Source: Clostridium sp. (GTDB taxonomy: Bacteria; Bacillota; Clostridia; TANB77; CAG-508). From it: a DNA stretch of 64,000 nucleotides. The stretch is from the NCBI GenBank assembly GCA_018371855.1, contig JAHAKD010000001.1, positions 219,478-283,477 of the forward strand, given 5' to 3'. Shown here piece by piece: positions 19,146 to 27,503 of this stretch (within the stretch, counting starts at the first letter, position 1; each line of letters starts with the position of its first letter). The notes beneath the pieces are model-generated. The model searched no databases. It saw nothing but the letters and a program-made list of their open reading frames with translations, and had not been told where the DNA came from. Position numbers and translations under genes: made by a program.

Positions 19146-19628
19146 ATGGATAGTATTAAAGAAAATATGATTGTTGCTAAATCTTTTGTTAATTCATTAA
19201 AAAACAAAGAGGATTTTGTTATTGATAATTTCTTTAAAAAACATAATTTAAGTTTAGAATTAAAAGAAGAACTGAAAGAACAATTAAATGATATAAATAT
19301 TTTACAGGAAACAAAGACTTTCAAAATATATCAAATAGCATTAATAAATAAATTACAAGAATATTTTTTTAAGACAACTTTTATTGGAGATACTTTAAAT
19401 AAAGTAGATGGATTCTTATGTGATTTAAATAATAAAAAAGTACTTTCTTTAACCAATATTGAAGCAAAATATACTTTTAAATATTTAACAGATTCTTTAA
19501 ATAAAGAAGAAAAAATAATAGAAAAAGAAACTCTATATAATGAAGAAGTTGCAAATGCAAAATTTAATTATTTTTTTGATTTACAAAAAAATAACTCTAA
19601 AGATAATGAGGAGGAAGATGAACTATGA
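19146..19628 (+). CDS. Acidic-tail protein (C-terminus NEEEDEL), function unknown
   Basis: 160-aa ORF. Its stop overlaps the next ATG (CTATGA). Confidence 0.6.
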   Translation: MDSIKENMIVAKSFVNSLKNKEDFVIDNFFKKHNLSLELKEELKEQLNDINILQETKTFKIYQIALINKLQEYFFKTTFIGDTLNKVDGFLCDLNNKKVLSLTNIEAKYTFKYLTDSLNKEEKIIEKETLYNEEVANAKFNYFFDLQKNNSKDNEEEDEL

Positions 19629-19897
19629 GTAATATTACTTTAGACAAAAAAATGAAAAATAGGCTAGAAGATACTTATGAAAAAATGCGAATATAAATTG
19701 AAACTTTAAAAAATACATGGAACTCTATTCCTAGTCAAATTCGAGAACAGTTAAATGCTTAATTTAATGAAGATTATACTCCAGATTATTGTATTAGATG
19801 GCTCGAAACATCAATTGATGATTTATATAGAAATTCAGATGAAGTATTTGAAGATTTAAAAAATGAATTAGAAAATGAAGATGAAAATGACCTCTAA
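19625..19897 (+). pseudogene. Decayed acidic-tail gene with two in-frame TAA stops (C-terminus ENEDENDL)
   Basis: A single 90-codon frame from the coupled ATG to TAA at 19895, interrupted by TAA at 19694-19696 and 19760-19762. Confidence 0.55.
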
Positions 19898-19957
19898 ATA
19901 TTTAAAATATTTTAATGACTAATTTTAAAAAAATTGCATAAAATAATAGTAAATCTA

Positions 19958-19986
19958 TTGATTTTTAAATGGATTTGTGCTATATT
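19958..19986 (+). promoter_or_regulatory. Sigma-A-type promoter for the antitoxin RNA/toxin operon
   Basis: TTGATT-17 nt-TATATT with a TG-extended -10 (TGTGCTATATT). Confidence 0.55.
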
Positions 19987-19996
19987 AAATATAGTA

Positions 19997-20101
19997 ATAA
20001 ATGGTATGTCGCAACCTATGCTTGCGACTAATAAATGGGCTAGTGAATAAATGGTATGTCGCAACCTATGCTTGCGACTGATAAATGGGCTAGTGAATAA
20101 A
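19997..20101 (+). ncRNA. Type III antitoxin RNA: 2.1 tandem copies of a 50-nt repeat
   Basis: Period is exactly 50 nt (20001 vs 20051) with one mismatch (20031 A vs 20081 G). Each unit holds the hairpin GTCGCAA-N7-TTGCGAC. It lies between a promoter and a terminator, directly upstream of a ToxN-like gene. Confidence 0.7.
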
Positions 20102-20110
20102 TAGTTTTTT

Positions 20111-20139
20111 AGGAGATTCTTTTTAGACCAGAATCTCCT
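20111..20139 (+). terminator. Hairpin/attenuator between the antitoxin repeats and the toxin gene
   Basis: AGGAGATTCT-N9-AGAATCTCCT. A terminator in this position is typical of toxI-toxN operons. Confidence 0.55.
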
Positions 20140-20160
20140 TAATTAATTTAGGAGGAAATA

Positions 20161-20928
20161 ATGAATATACAACAAGGATATTTTTATTTCATTTCAGATT
20201 TATATTTTGATAGAGTACAAGATAAAGAATTGTTACAAAATAAAGAAAGTGGAACCAAAAGACCAGCTTATTATTGTTTCAAAGATAGTAATAATAATAG
20301 AATCTTTTGGTTTGTTCCTATTTCTAGTAGAGTTGAAAAATATAAAAAAATATATAATCATAAAATACAAAAACAAAAGAATAAAGGAATAAAAAAGCCA
20401 AAAGTTGATACTATCGTTTTTGGTAAAATTTCTGGAAAAGAAAATGTATTTTTAATACAAAACATGTTTCCTGTAATTGATAAATATATTATTGATACTT
20501 TTCTTAGAAAAAATGCTTTAGTTTCAATAGATGATAAAACAAAAAAAGAGATAAACCTAAAAGCTAATACAGTATTATCTTTAGTAAACAAAGGTATTAA
20601 AAGTATGGTATTTCCAGATATATTAAAATTGAAAGGAATTATGAAAGATGAAATTTTAAAACAACTTGAAATTGAAGATATATTTAACAATAAAAAACTT
20701 ACATTTATAGATGAATTTAAAAACATTATTAGTAATGCAATTAATAAAGAAGATATATCTTTATACCTACAATACATAAAAGATTCCAATATATTATCAG
20801 AATATACTAATATTTTAAATTCTAGTGATGATATTACTAAAATAAAAACAGACATAATATTAAAAACAGACGAATTGTTTAATGTAGAAGAAAACTCTGA
20901 CGAAGAAACAAATGAAGATGAAGTTTAA
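20161..20928 (+). CDS. toxN: Type III toxin (ToxN/AbiQ/TenpN-superfamily endoRNase-like) with ~85-aa C-terminal extension ending in the acidic tail TNEDEV
   Basis: FYFISDLYFDRVQDKELLQNKESGTKRPAYYCF...WFVPISSRVEKYKKIY resembles the ToxN/AbiQ/TenpN N-terminal pattern. The repeat-terminator-toxin architecture also fits. Confidence 0.65.
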   Translation: MNIQQGYFYFISDLYFDRVQDKELLQNKESGTKRPAYYCFKDSNNNRIFWFVPISSRVEKYKKIYNHKIQKQKNKGIKKPKVDTIVFGKISGKENVFLIQNMFPVIDKYIIDTFLRKNALVSIDDKTKKEINLKANTVLSLVNKGIKSMVFPDILKLKGIMKDEILKQLEIEDIFNNKKLTFIDEFKNIISNAINKEDISLYLQYIKDSNILSEYTNILNSSDDITKIKTDIILKTDELFNVEENSDEETNEDEV

Positions 20929-20964
20929 AGTTATTATTCTTAAATATCCCCTTTTAATATAGAT

Positions 20965-21011
20965 AAGCCATTAAAATAGTAGTTAAGCTATTTTAATGGC
21001 TTTATTTTTTT
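20965..21011 (+). terminator. Rho-independent terminator
   Basis: AAGCCATTAAAATAG-N8-CTATTTTAATGGCTT followed by a T-run. Confidence 0.7.
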
Positions 21012-21027
21012 GTAATTCAAATTTTCT

Positions 21028-21079
21028 TTTAAATATTTAAAGGTATATATTTTAATGAAAATTGCAATATTTGTGCAAT
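21028..21079 (+). promoter_or_regulatory. Conserved promoter/operator cassette, subtype I (P3, upstream of virD4)
   Basis: Palindrome TTTAAATATTTAAA, then GGTATATATTTTAAT, then ATTGCAATATTTGTGCAAT. Confidence 0.55.
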
Positions 21080-21140
21080 TTTTTTGTTAAAAATTACTTA
21101 TTTTTTGTTTTACCATTTATGGCAAGGAGGAAAAGAGAAA

Positions 21141-23711
21141 ATGGGAAACAAAAAATTTAGAACGAAACTTACAATGACTATTATTTCTACTATACTTGCT
21201 TCTGTTTTATCAGTAATAATCGCATATTGCTTGATGGAAATATTCCTAAGAACACCATTAAATTTATTAAATTTTAATATTGGTAATATGTTTAAAACGA
21301 TATTTGGAAATCAAGATGGAATCCAAATGTTTATAATTATCTTACTTGCGTTTATGATTTTAATATTATCTACGGCATTTAAGTTGTTTAAATTAAACGA
21401 TTATAAATCTAAACTCTATGAAGTAACACCAGATATAAAAATACCATATCCAGTAAAAAATCAAACACAATTTGGTTCGTCATGGTGGCTTACTAAAAAA
21501 CAGATAGATAATCAAAAAGAATTGTATAAAAATACATTTGATCCAGAAAATCCAACAATTCATAAACTTATGAAAATGTCTGAAACTCAAAGAAAAGATG
21601 AAGAAAAATTAATGAAAGAAATTGATGAAGGAAAGCCTGTTCCAAAACTTTCTACCGATAATTTAGAGCCAAAAAATCCAAATTTTGAAACTAAAATATT
21701 TAAAAAAGGTGGACTTGTTGTAGGAAAAAAGGATAGAACTGTTGTAAATTTTGTAAAACAATTTCCTTTTATAAAAACTAGAAAAGTAGAAGATATTTAT
21801 TATATTGGAGATGATATGCACAGTTTAACTGTTGGGGCAACACGTTCAGGAAAAACAAGAAATTTAGTTTTAGAAACAATAGCAAATACAGGTTTAGCTG
21901 GTGAAAGTATGATTTTATCAGATCCAAAAGGAGAGCTATTTGAATATACATCTGGTATGCTTAGAGAATTAGGCTATAATGTTGTAACATTAGATTTTAA
22001 AAATCCACTTAAAAGTTCAAAATATAATTTCTTGCAACCTGTTATTGATATGATTGATAAAAATGATATTCCAAAAGCAGTTTCTTACTGTTCTGATATT
22101 GTAAAATCTTTAGTTGGTGAAAAAGGTAATCAAGAAGCTATATGGTACAATGGAGAACAAGCCGTTGAAAAATGTGGAATTATGGCAGTTGTAATGGAAA
22201 ATTCTGATAGAGTAAATGACCAAAAAATTTGGACTTTATTTAAAGAAAAAATTTGTGAAGATTATCAAAAATATTTAAATTCTCCAGAAGCTAAAAAATT
22301 AAATGAATATGGAGAAGAACTAGAAGCAGACACTATTGAAGAATTTAGAAAGAGAAAGTATGAAGATTATAAAAAAGACTATTATAGATTATCTAAAGAA
22401 GAAAGAAAAAATATAAAATATAAATATTTTGAAAATGCTAAAGAGAAGATATTAAACTATATTATTGAAAATAATACTAATTCTGAAAATTTAGACTTTT
22501 TATTAACAGCAAAAGATTTTAATACTGAATTAAATAAAGCTATCAATGAAAATTATGAAGAGTTACAAAATAAATTTAAAGAATTAAATGAAGATAGTTC
22601 TAATGAATTTTTAGAAGTTGTTTCTAATTGGAAAAACTTATTAGACTTAGAGCCACACCCAGAACTTCAAAATCTGAGAAATGTTTATGAATTTATTGCA
22701 AGAATGTGTGTTGAGCAATCTGATAAAACAATGCTAATTGATACATTCTTAGATAAATTACCACAAGATCACCCAGCAGTAACACAATTTCAAAGTGCAA
22801 AAATTGCACCTTCTAAAACAAGAGGCTCATTCTTTACAAGTGCATTAGCAACACTTTCAATATTTACAGATCCATATATTGCTGATATGCTTGCAAAAAG
22901 TGATATAGATGTAACTTCATTTAACACTCAAAAAACAGCCCTATACATGATTTTGCCTGATGAAAAAACAACCTTTTATGGTTTATGTTCGCTATTCGTA
23001 AATCAATGCTACACGAAACTTTGCGAAGTTGCAGACGCACAAGGTGGAAGATTAAATAATAGGGTAAACTTTATACTAGATGAGTTTGGTAACTTTAGTG
23101 CTATTAATAATTTTGGTGGATTCTTAACCGTTGGTGGTGGTAGAGGAATACGTTTTAATTTGTTTTTACAGTCATTTTCACAATTAAATGACAAGTACGG
23201 AGATAAAGTTGCACCAAATATTTTGGATAACTGTCATGTCTGGACTTATCTTAAAACTTCTAATGCAGATACAGCCAAGAAAATTAGTGAAAAATTAGGA
23301 ACATATACAACTTCAACATGGTCAGAAAGCAATTCCTCTAGTGGAGGAGCAGTAAACGAATCTAAATCTCACAATTTAAGTAAAAGAGAACTTTTAACAC
23401 CAGATGAGGTTTTAAGAGTCCAAAGACCATATTTACTTACAATGATTTCTGGAATTAATCCTTGTATGACTTATGCTCCAGACCTTTCTAAATGGTATTT
23501 TAATAAAGTATTAGGATTAGGAGATCCAGCATGGAATACAAAAATTAGACAGATTAGAGAAGATGAAAGACCAGAAAGAAGTGTGTCACAAGCACTTTTA
23601 TGGGATATTGATAGAAAAATGAAAAAAGAAAAGGAGAAAGAAGAAGAAAACAAAAGAAGAGAAAAAGAATTAAATTGGAAAAGACAATTAATAAATAGCA
23701 ATTTTAATTAA
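21141..23711 (+). CDS. virD4: Type IV coupling protein (VirD4/TraG family) with enlarged K/E-rich insertion
   Basis: N-terminal TM helices. Walker A GATRSGKTR. Walker B VNFILDEFGN. ATG 21141 after AAGGAGGAAAAGAGAAA. Confidence 0.85.
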   Translation: MGNKKFRTKLTMTIISTILASVLSVIIAYCLMEIFLRTPLNLLNFNIGNMFKTIFGNQDGIQMFIIILLAFMILILSTAFKLFKLNDYKSKLYEVTPDIKIPYPVKNQTQFGSSWWLTKKQIDNQKELYKNTFDPENPTIHKLMKMSETQRKDEEKLMKEIDEGKPVPKLSTDNLEPKNPNFETKIFKKGGLVVGKKDRTVVNFVKQFPFIKTRKVEDIYYIGDDMHSLTVGATRSGKTRNLVLETIANTGLAGESMILSDPKGELFEYTSGMLRELGYNVVTLDFKNPLKSSKYNFLQPVIDMIDKNDIPKAVSYCSDIVKSLVGEKGNQEAIWYNGEQAVEKCGIMAVVMENSDRVNDQKIWTLFKEKICEDYQKYLNSPEAKKLNEYGEELEADTIEEFRKRKYEDYKKDYYRLSKEERKNIKYKYFENAKEKILNYIIENNTNSENLDFLLTAKDFNTELNKAINENYEELQNKFKELNEDSSNEFLEVVSNWKNLLDLEPHPELQNLRNVYEFIARMCVEQSDKTMLIDTFLDKLPQDHPAVTQFQSAKIAPSKTRGSFFTSALATLSIFTDPYIADMLAKSDIDVTSFNTQKTALYMILPDEKTTFYGLCSLFVNQCYTKLCEVADAQGGRLNNRVNFILDEFGNFSAINNFGGFLTVGGGRGIRFNLFLQSFSQLNDKYGDKVAPNILDNCHVWTYLKTSNADTAKKISEKLGTYTTSTWSESNSSSGGAVNESKSHNLSKRELLTPDEVLRVQRPYLLTMISGINPCMTYAPDLSKWYFNKVLGLGDPAWNTKIRQIREDERPERSVSQALLWDIDRKMKKEKEKEEENKRREKELNWKRQLINSNFN

Positions 23712-23723
23712 AAACTAAAAAGT

Positions 23724-23757
23724 AAAACTCTTGACATACAAAGAGTTTTATTTTTTT
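23724..23757 (+). terminator. Rho-independent terminator after virD4
   Basis: AAAACTCTT-N8-AAGAGTTTT followed by a T-run. Confidence 0.65.
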
Positions 23758-23783
23758 GACTTTTAAAATCATTTTTAAATACC

Positions 23784-23872
23784 TTTAAATATTTAAAGGT
23801 ATATATTTTAATAAGAAATGCAATATTTATGCAATTTTTTTAACAAAAACTAGATTTTTTTCCTTCTATAAT
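23784..23872 (+). promoter_or_regulatory. Conserved promoter/operator cassette, subtype I (P4)
   Basis: TTTAAATATTTAAAGGTATATATTTTAAT...AATGCAATATTTATGCAATTTTTTTAACAAAAAC...TATAAT. Confidence 0.6.
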
Positions 23873-23909
23873 CTTTTTATAAAAATAAAAAAATGGGAGG
23901 GAATAAAAA

Positions 23910-24278
23910 GTGAAGAAAAAAACAACTTTTTTAAAGAAAATTAACAAAATTACTAGCCTAGTAACTTTAGGATTACTTGGTATGCAAAATACAGTTTTTG
24001 CAGATGTAGTTGAGGAAGCTGGTGGTGGAGGTTCGATAAGAGATTCTAAAATTGGTCAAGGAATGTTCAATTTAGTAAAAGATGTAACAGGAACATTACA
24101 ATGGATTTTACCAGTTGTTGGTGCATGCTTCATTGTTTACTATGTAATAAGAATACAAACAGGAGAAGAACAAGACGCAATGAGATATAAAAAATCTATA
24201 ATAAGAGTATTAATTTGTATAGTTGTTGGTGTATTAGCAGTTACAATAATTAATTTAATATCAAAGTACTTTGTTTAA
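23910..24278 (+). CDS. VirB2/TrbC-like small membrane protein (pilin-like T4SS component)
   Basis: Signal peptide, then TM1 (LQWILPVVGACFIVYYVI), a charged loop (TGEEQD) and TM2. GTG start 9 nt after GGGAGGG. Confidence 0.5.
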   Translation: MKKKTTFLKKINKITSLVTLGLLGMQNTVFADVVEEAGGGGSIRDSKIGQGMFNLVKDVTGTLQWILPVVGACFIVYYVIRIQTGEEQDAMRYKKSIIRVLICIVVGVLAVTIINLISKYFV

Positions 24279-24293
24279 AAGGAGGAAAAGAAT

Positions 24294-25049
24294 ATGAATT
24301 TTGATGATAAATTACAAAATTATATAAAAGATACTGAAAAAAACAGAATTAATTTTTTAAATGAAGCTTATTTGAAATTACCAAAAGAAATACAAGATAA
24401 AATAAATGATGACGATATTACAAATATTGCCAAAGGTAAAAAAGTAGAAAAAACACAAGAACTTGAAGAATTACAAAAAGAGCAAGAAAAGCTATTTAAG
24501 GAAAAAGAAGATGAATTAGTAGGAGATTTATCAAAAGAATTAAAAATAGGATTTGAAGATTCGAAAAATATGTTTAGTGAAATTAAAAGATATGCAGTAG
24601 CTGGAGTTATGGCAGGAGTACCAGGTCTTATGATTATGCTTATATATGATTTATTACAAGAGCGACAAATAAAAAATGAATTTACCGAAAAAGTAGAAAA
24701 AGCAATAAAGTCAGAAAATTTTACAGATATAAATCAATCTTTTAAAAGTATTCAAAATAAAGTAGGTAAAGTAGTTAGTGTCGAAAAACTAGGGGATTTA
24801 TTAAAATCTTCTGATATTTATTTAAAGATAAGGGAAAATCAAGATTTAAGGAAAGAAGTTAGTTCAAATTTTGGAAAATTAATAGATAAAAGTGTATCTA
24901 CTGTTTCTAAAATTAAACAAAATGAAGAAACAAATACAAAAACTACCGTATCAGAAAAAATAACTAAAACTTCCGAAACAACAGAAGATACAGAAGATGA
25001 GGAAGAAAAAGGTGGATTAGAATTAATAGACACTATGTTTATTAAATAA
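24294..25049 (+). CDS. T4SS-operon membrane protein, function unknown
   Basis: 251-aa ORF with RBS AGGAGGA. Central TM helix VAGVMAGVPGLMIMLIYDLL. Confidence 0.6.
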   Translation: MNFDDKLQNYIKDTEKNRINFLNEAYLKLPKEIQDKINDDDITNIAKGKKVEKTQELEELQKEQEKLFKEKEDELVGDLSKELKIGFEDSKNMFSEIKRYAVAGVMAGVPGLMIMLIYDLLQERQIKNEFTEKVEKAIKSENFTDINQSFKSIQNKVGKVVSVEKLGDLLKSSDIYLKIRENQDLRKEVSSNFGKLIDKSVSTVSKIKQNEETNTKTTVSEKITKTSETTEDTEDEEEKGGLELIDTMFIK

Positions 25050-25075
25050 TAATATCAAGTAAATGGAGGAAAAAA

Positions 25076-25417
25076 ATGGCATTTTTAATTGGATTATTAA
25101 TTTCAACTGTATTAGGTTTAATTATTAGAGAATGTTTAGGCTTTGTTGTAACATTACTTAATAATTTCTTTTACGACGCATTTGCCGTTGAAACTAACTT
25201 CTATGATATGGTAAATACAGGAGTATTTAATATAAATACTCTATATCATGCGATATATATATTTGCTATTTCTATACTTATTATGTTATTTGTAAAAAAG
25301 ATGATTGAAACCTATTTTGCATGGAGCAATGGTGATCCAGAAAATAATCCATTAAATGTTTTAATACGGATTTGTGGAAGCTTTAATAATCATGATAAGT
25401 TTTGGATTTCTGTATGA
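25076..25417 (+). CDS. Polytopic membrane protein, VirB6/TrbL-like candidate, N-terminal part
   Basis: RBS GGAGGA and TM helices. The frame ends inside the overlap with 25374-25931. Confidence 0.45.
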   Translation: MAFLIGLLISTVLGLIIRECLGFVVTLLNNFFYDAFAVETNFYDMVNTGVFNINTLYHAIYIFAISILIMLFVKKMIETYFAWSNGDPENNPLNVLIRICGSFNNHDKFWISV

Positions 25418-25931
25418 AACTTTTGTAAATATTTTATATAGTTTCTATACTTCTATTACAACAGCAGGATTTGGCTCAGCTTCTGATTTACAGTCTATGT
25501 TAGGAACATTTACGGTGAGTACAGCTTTAATAAATTCAATAGGATTATTTATATATGCAATAATAGCATTTCAATTTGTTTTAATTTACTTCCAAAATTT
25601 AAGTAGAGGTATTGAAATATTAATTTTAAGATTTGGTATTCCATTTGCATGTATTGGACTTTTAAATGCGGATAAAGGAGTATTTAGAGGATATATTCAA
25701 CAATTTGTTAAAGTTTCTTTTACTGTAATAGTTCAACTTACGTTATTAAGATTAGCAATCACTCTATTAGTAAATGGAAATGGAATATTAGCTTTAGCAA
25801 CTTCATCACTTGCTATGAAAACGCCAGGATTATTATCTCAATTCTTAACAACTTATGGTGGAACAGATGGAAAAGCTGGAAAAATAGTACATAATGTGGG
25901 AATCGTTGCAGGTATGATGAAAAAACATTAA
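25374..25931 (+). CDS. Polytopic membrane protein, VirB6/TrbL-like candidate, C-terminal part
   Basis: Lies in the +1 frame relative to 25076-25417, open from 25365. GTG start with no RBS. Four or five TM helices. Confidence 0.45.
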   Translation: MEALIIMISFGFLYETFVNILYSFYTSITTAGFGSASDLQSMLGTFTVSTALINSIGLFIYAIIAFQFVLIYFQNLSRGIEILILRFGIPFACIGLLNADKGVFRGYIQQFVKVSFTVIVQLTLLRLAITLLVNGNGILALATSSLAMKTPGLLSQFLTTYGGTDGKAGKIVHNVGIVAGMMKKH

Positions 25932-25950
25932 TAAATATTAGGAGGCAAAA

Positions 25951-26571
25951 ATGTCAGCTATTGTATTAGATAAAAAATTTTTTGATAATAATAAAAGATT
26001 TGAATTAAATGTAATAAATAAAGAAGGAAGAATAGCAACATTAAAAAAGCAAATTGATTTATTTCATATATTAAAATCAAGACATGATTTTAATAAAAAA
26101 GAAGAAAGAAATTGGGCTGTTCAACATGGTCTATTTGAAAAATTTTGGTATGATTATGCACACCCAGAATTTGACCAAATGAACGCAAGAGGTATCAGTG
26201 TTCCAAATGTTTTAAATGAAATAATAAGACATCAACAAGAATACGGCTTAAATGTAATATCTTGCATATATGATAAAAAATGTATGTATAATGTGATGAA
26301 TAGTTTAATAATAAATTTAAAAGATACTACTAAAAAAGAAAATGTAATAAAAAGTTGTAAAAGATATATCAAAAATTTACAAAATAATATCAAATATTAC
26401 AGAAAAAATTTAAATTCTAAAGAAGAAGAAGAAATAGAAAATACAAATATGCAGATTGCATATAACAATATAAAACATCTTCCAAACTTTAATGAAACTT
26501 TTTTAAAAAATAACGAAAAGAATTTAAGCCAAAACAATAATGATGAAGAAACAGAAGAAGATGAGCTATAA
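25951..26571 (+). CDS. Acidic-tail protein (C-terminus ETEEDEL), function unknown
   Basis: 206-aa ORF with RBS AGGAGGC. Confidence 0.65.
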   Translation: MSAIVLDKKFFDNNKRFELNVINKEGRIATLKKQIDLFHILKSRHDFNKKEERNWAVQHGLFEKFWYDYAHPEFDQMNARGISVPNVLNEIIRHQQEYGLNVISCIYDKKCMYNVMNSLIINLKDTTKKENVIKSCKRYIKNLQNNIKYYRKNLNSKEEEEIENTNMQIAYNNIKHLPNFNETFLKNNEKNLSQNNNDEETEEDEL

Positions 26572-26648
26572 AAATTATTCTTAAAAAGTAAAGAAGTCTA
26601 TGAACAAGATATGCAAGAAGCATAATTTATTATGGAAAGGAATTAATT

Positions 26649-27503
26649 ATGAACCAAAATACTTATATCAATGTAAAAATGACAAAACAAGAAGCAATAA
26701 AATATTATGCAAATAAAATAGTCGAAGATTCAATTGAAGATTGTATGGAATTAAATTATTGCATGACAAATGAATATTATGAAGATAATGGATTTGTAAA
26801 AGAAAATCAAGATGAAATATTAGAAGAAATTAAAAAAGATGAAAGAATAGCAGATGTATATTTAAACAAATCAAGTAAGCCATATACCTTTGATATGGTA
26901 TTTTGGTCTGACTATTGTCCTGGATATTATGAAGATTATACAATGTCAAGGTTTATTCAAAATGATATAATAAAAGACTTCATAGATCAATTAATAAAAA
27001 TAAAAGATAATAGCATTTTCATACATAATACAACTACACAAAACATTATAAATAAATTACTAACAGCAAATAACTTCATCGTTTCATTATCAGAAGAAGA
27101 AAAAGAAGGTGCTAATAATATGTTAAAAGAATTTATTTGTGGCACAGGATTTTTTTATAAATATTTAGATAAAGACAAAGTTGTTGTAAATAAGGAAAAT
27201 ATAGCAGAATTAATAACAGAATTACAAGAAAAATATTACCAATTAGAGATATATAAAGATAGTAAACATATAAAAGATATATCATCAGAAGATATAGATG
27301 AAATGTTGAAAATATATGAAAAAGACAAGATTTATCCTGAAAAATATATTGGGTTATTTATATGTAAAGATGATAAAACAAAAACTTATTTAGCAATAGA
27401 TAACAGAAATGGAGATATGTATATAGAAGAATTTAAAACAGAAAAAGAATGTATGGATTATTTATTAGGAGAAGAAGATCAAGAGGAGGAAGATGAACTA
27501 TGA
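26649..27503 (+). CDS. Acidic-tail protein (QEEEDEL) with YxAIDNxxG module
   Basis: 284 aa. Contains GLFICKDDKTKTYLAIDNRNGDMYIEEF, a module shared with 53537-54208 and 57819-58754. Confidence 0.65.
   Translation: MNQNTYINVKMTKQEAIKYYANKIVEDSIEDCMELNYCMTNEYYEDNGFVKENQDEILEEIKKDERIADVYLNKSSKPYTFDMVFWSDYCPGYYEDYTMSRFIQNDIIKDFIDQLIKIKDNSIFIHNTTTQNIINKLLTANNFIVSLSEEEKEGANNMLKEFICGTGFFYKYLDKDKVVVNKENIAELITELQEKYYQLEIYKDSKHIKDISSEDIDEMLKIYEKDKIYPEKYIGLFICKDDKTKTYLAIDNRNGDMYIEEFKTEKECMDYLLGEEDQEEEDEL

Noticed and set aside
19694-19762. The two in-frame TAA codons could reflect stop-codon reassignment or programmed read-through.
   Set aside because: TAA terminates most genes in this window at sensible positions, so decay of one gene is the simpler explanation.
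19997-20101. The tandem 50-nt repeats could be a small CRISPR array.
   Set aside because: The units are directly adjacent with no spacers, there are only 2.1 copies, there are no cas genes, and a ToxN-like gene lies immediately downstream. A type III antitoxin RNA fits better.
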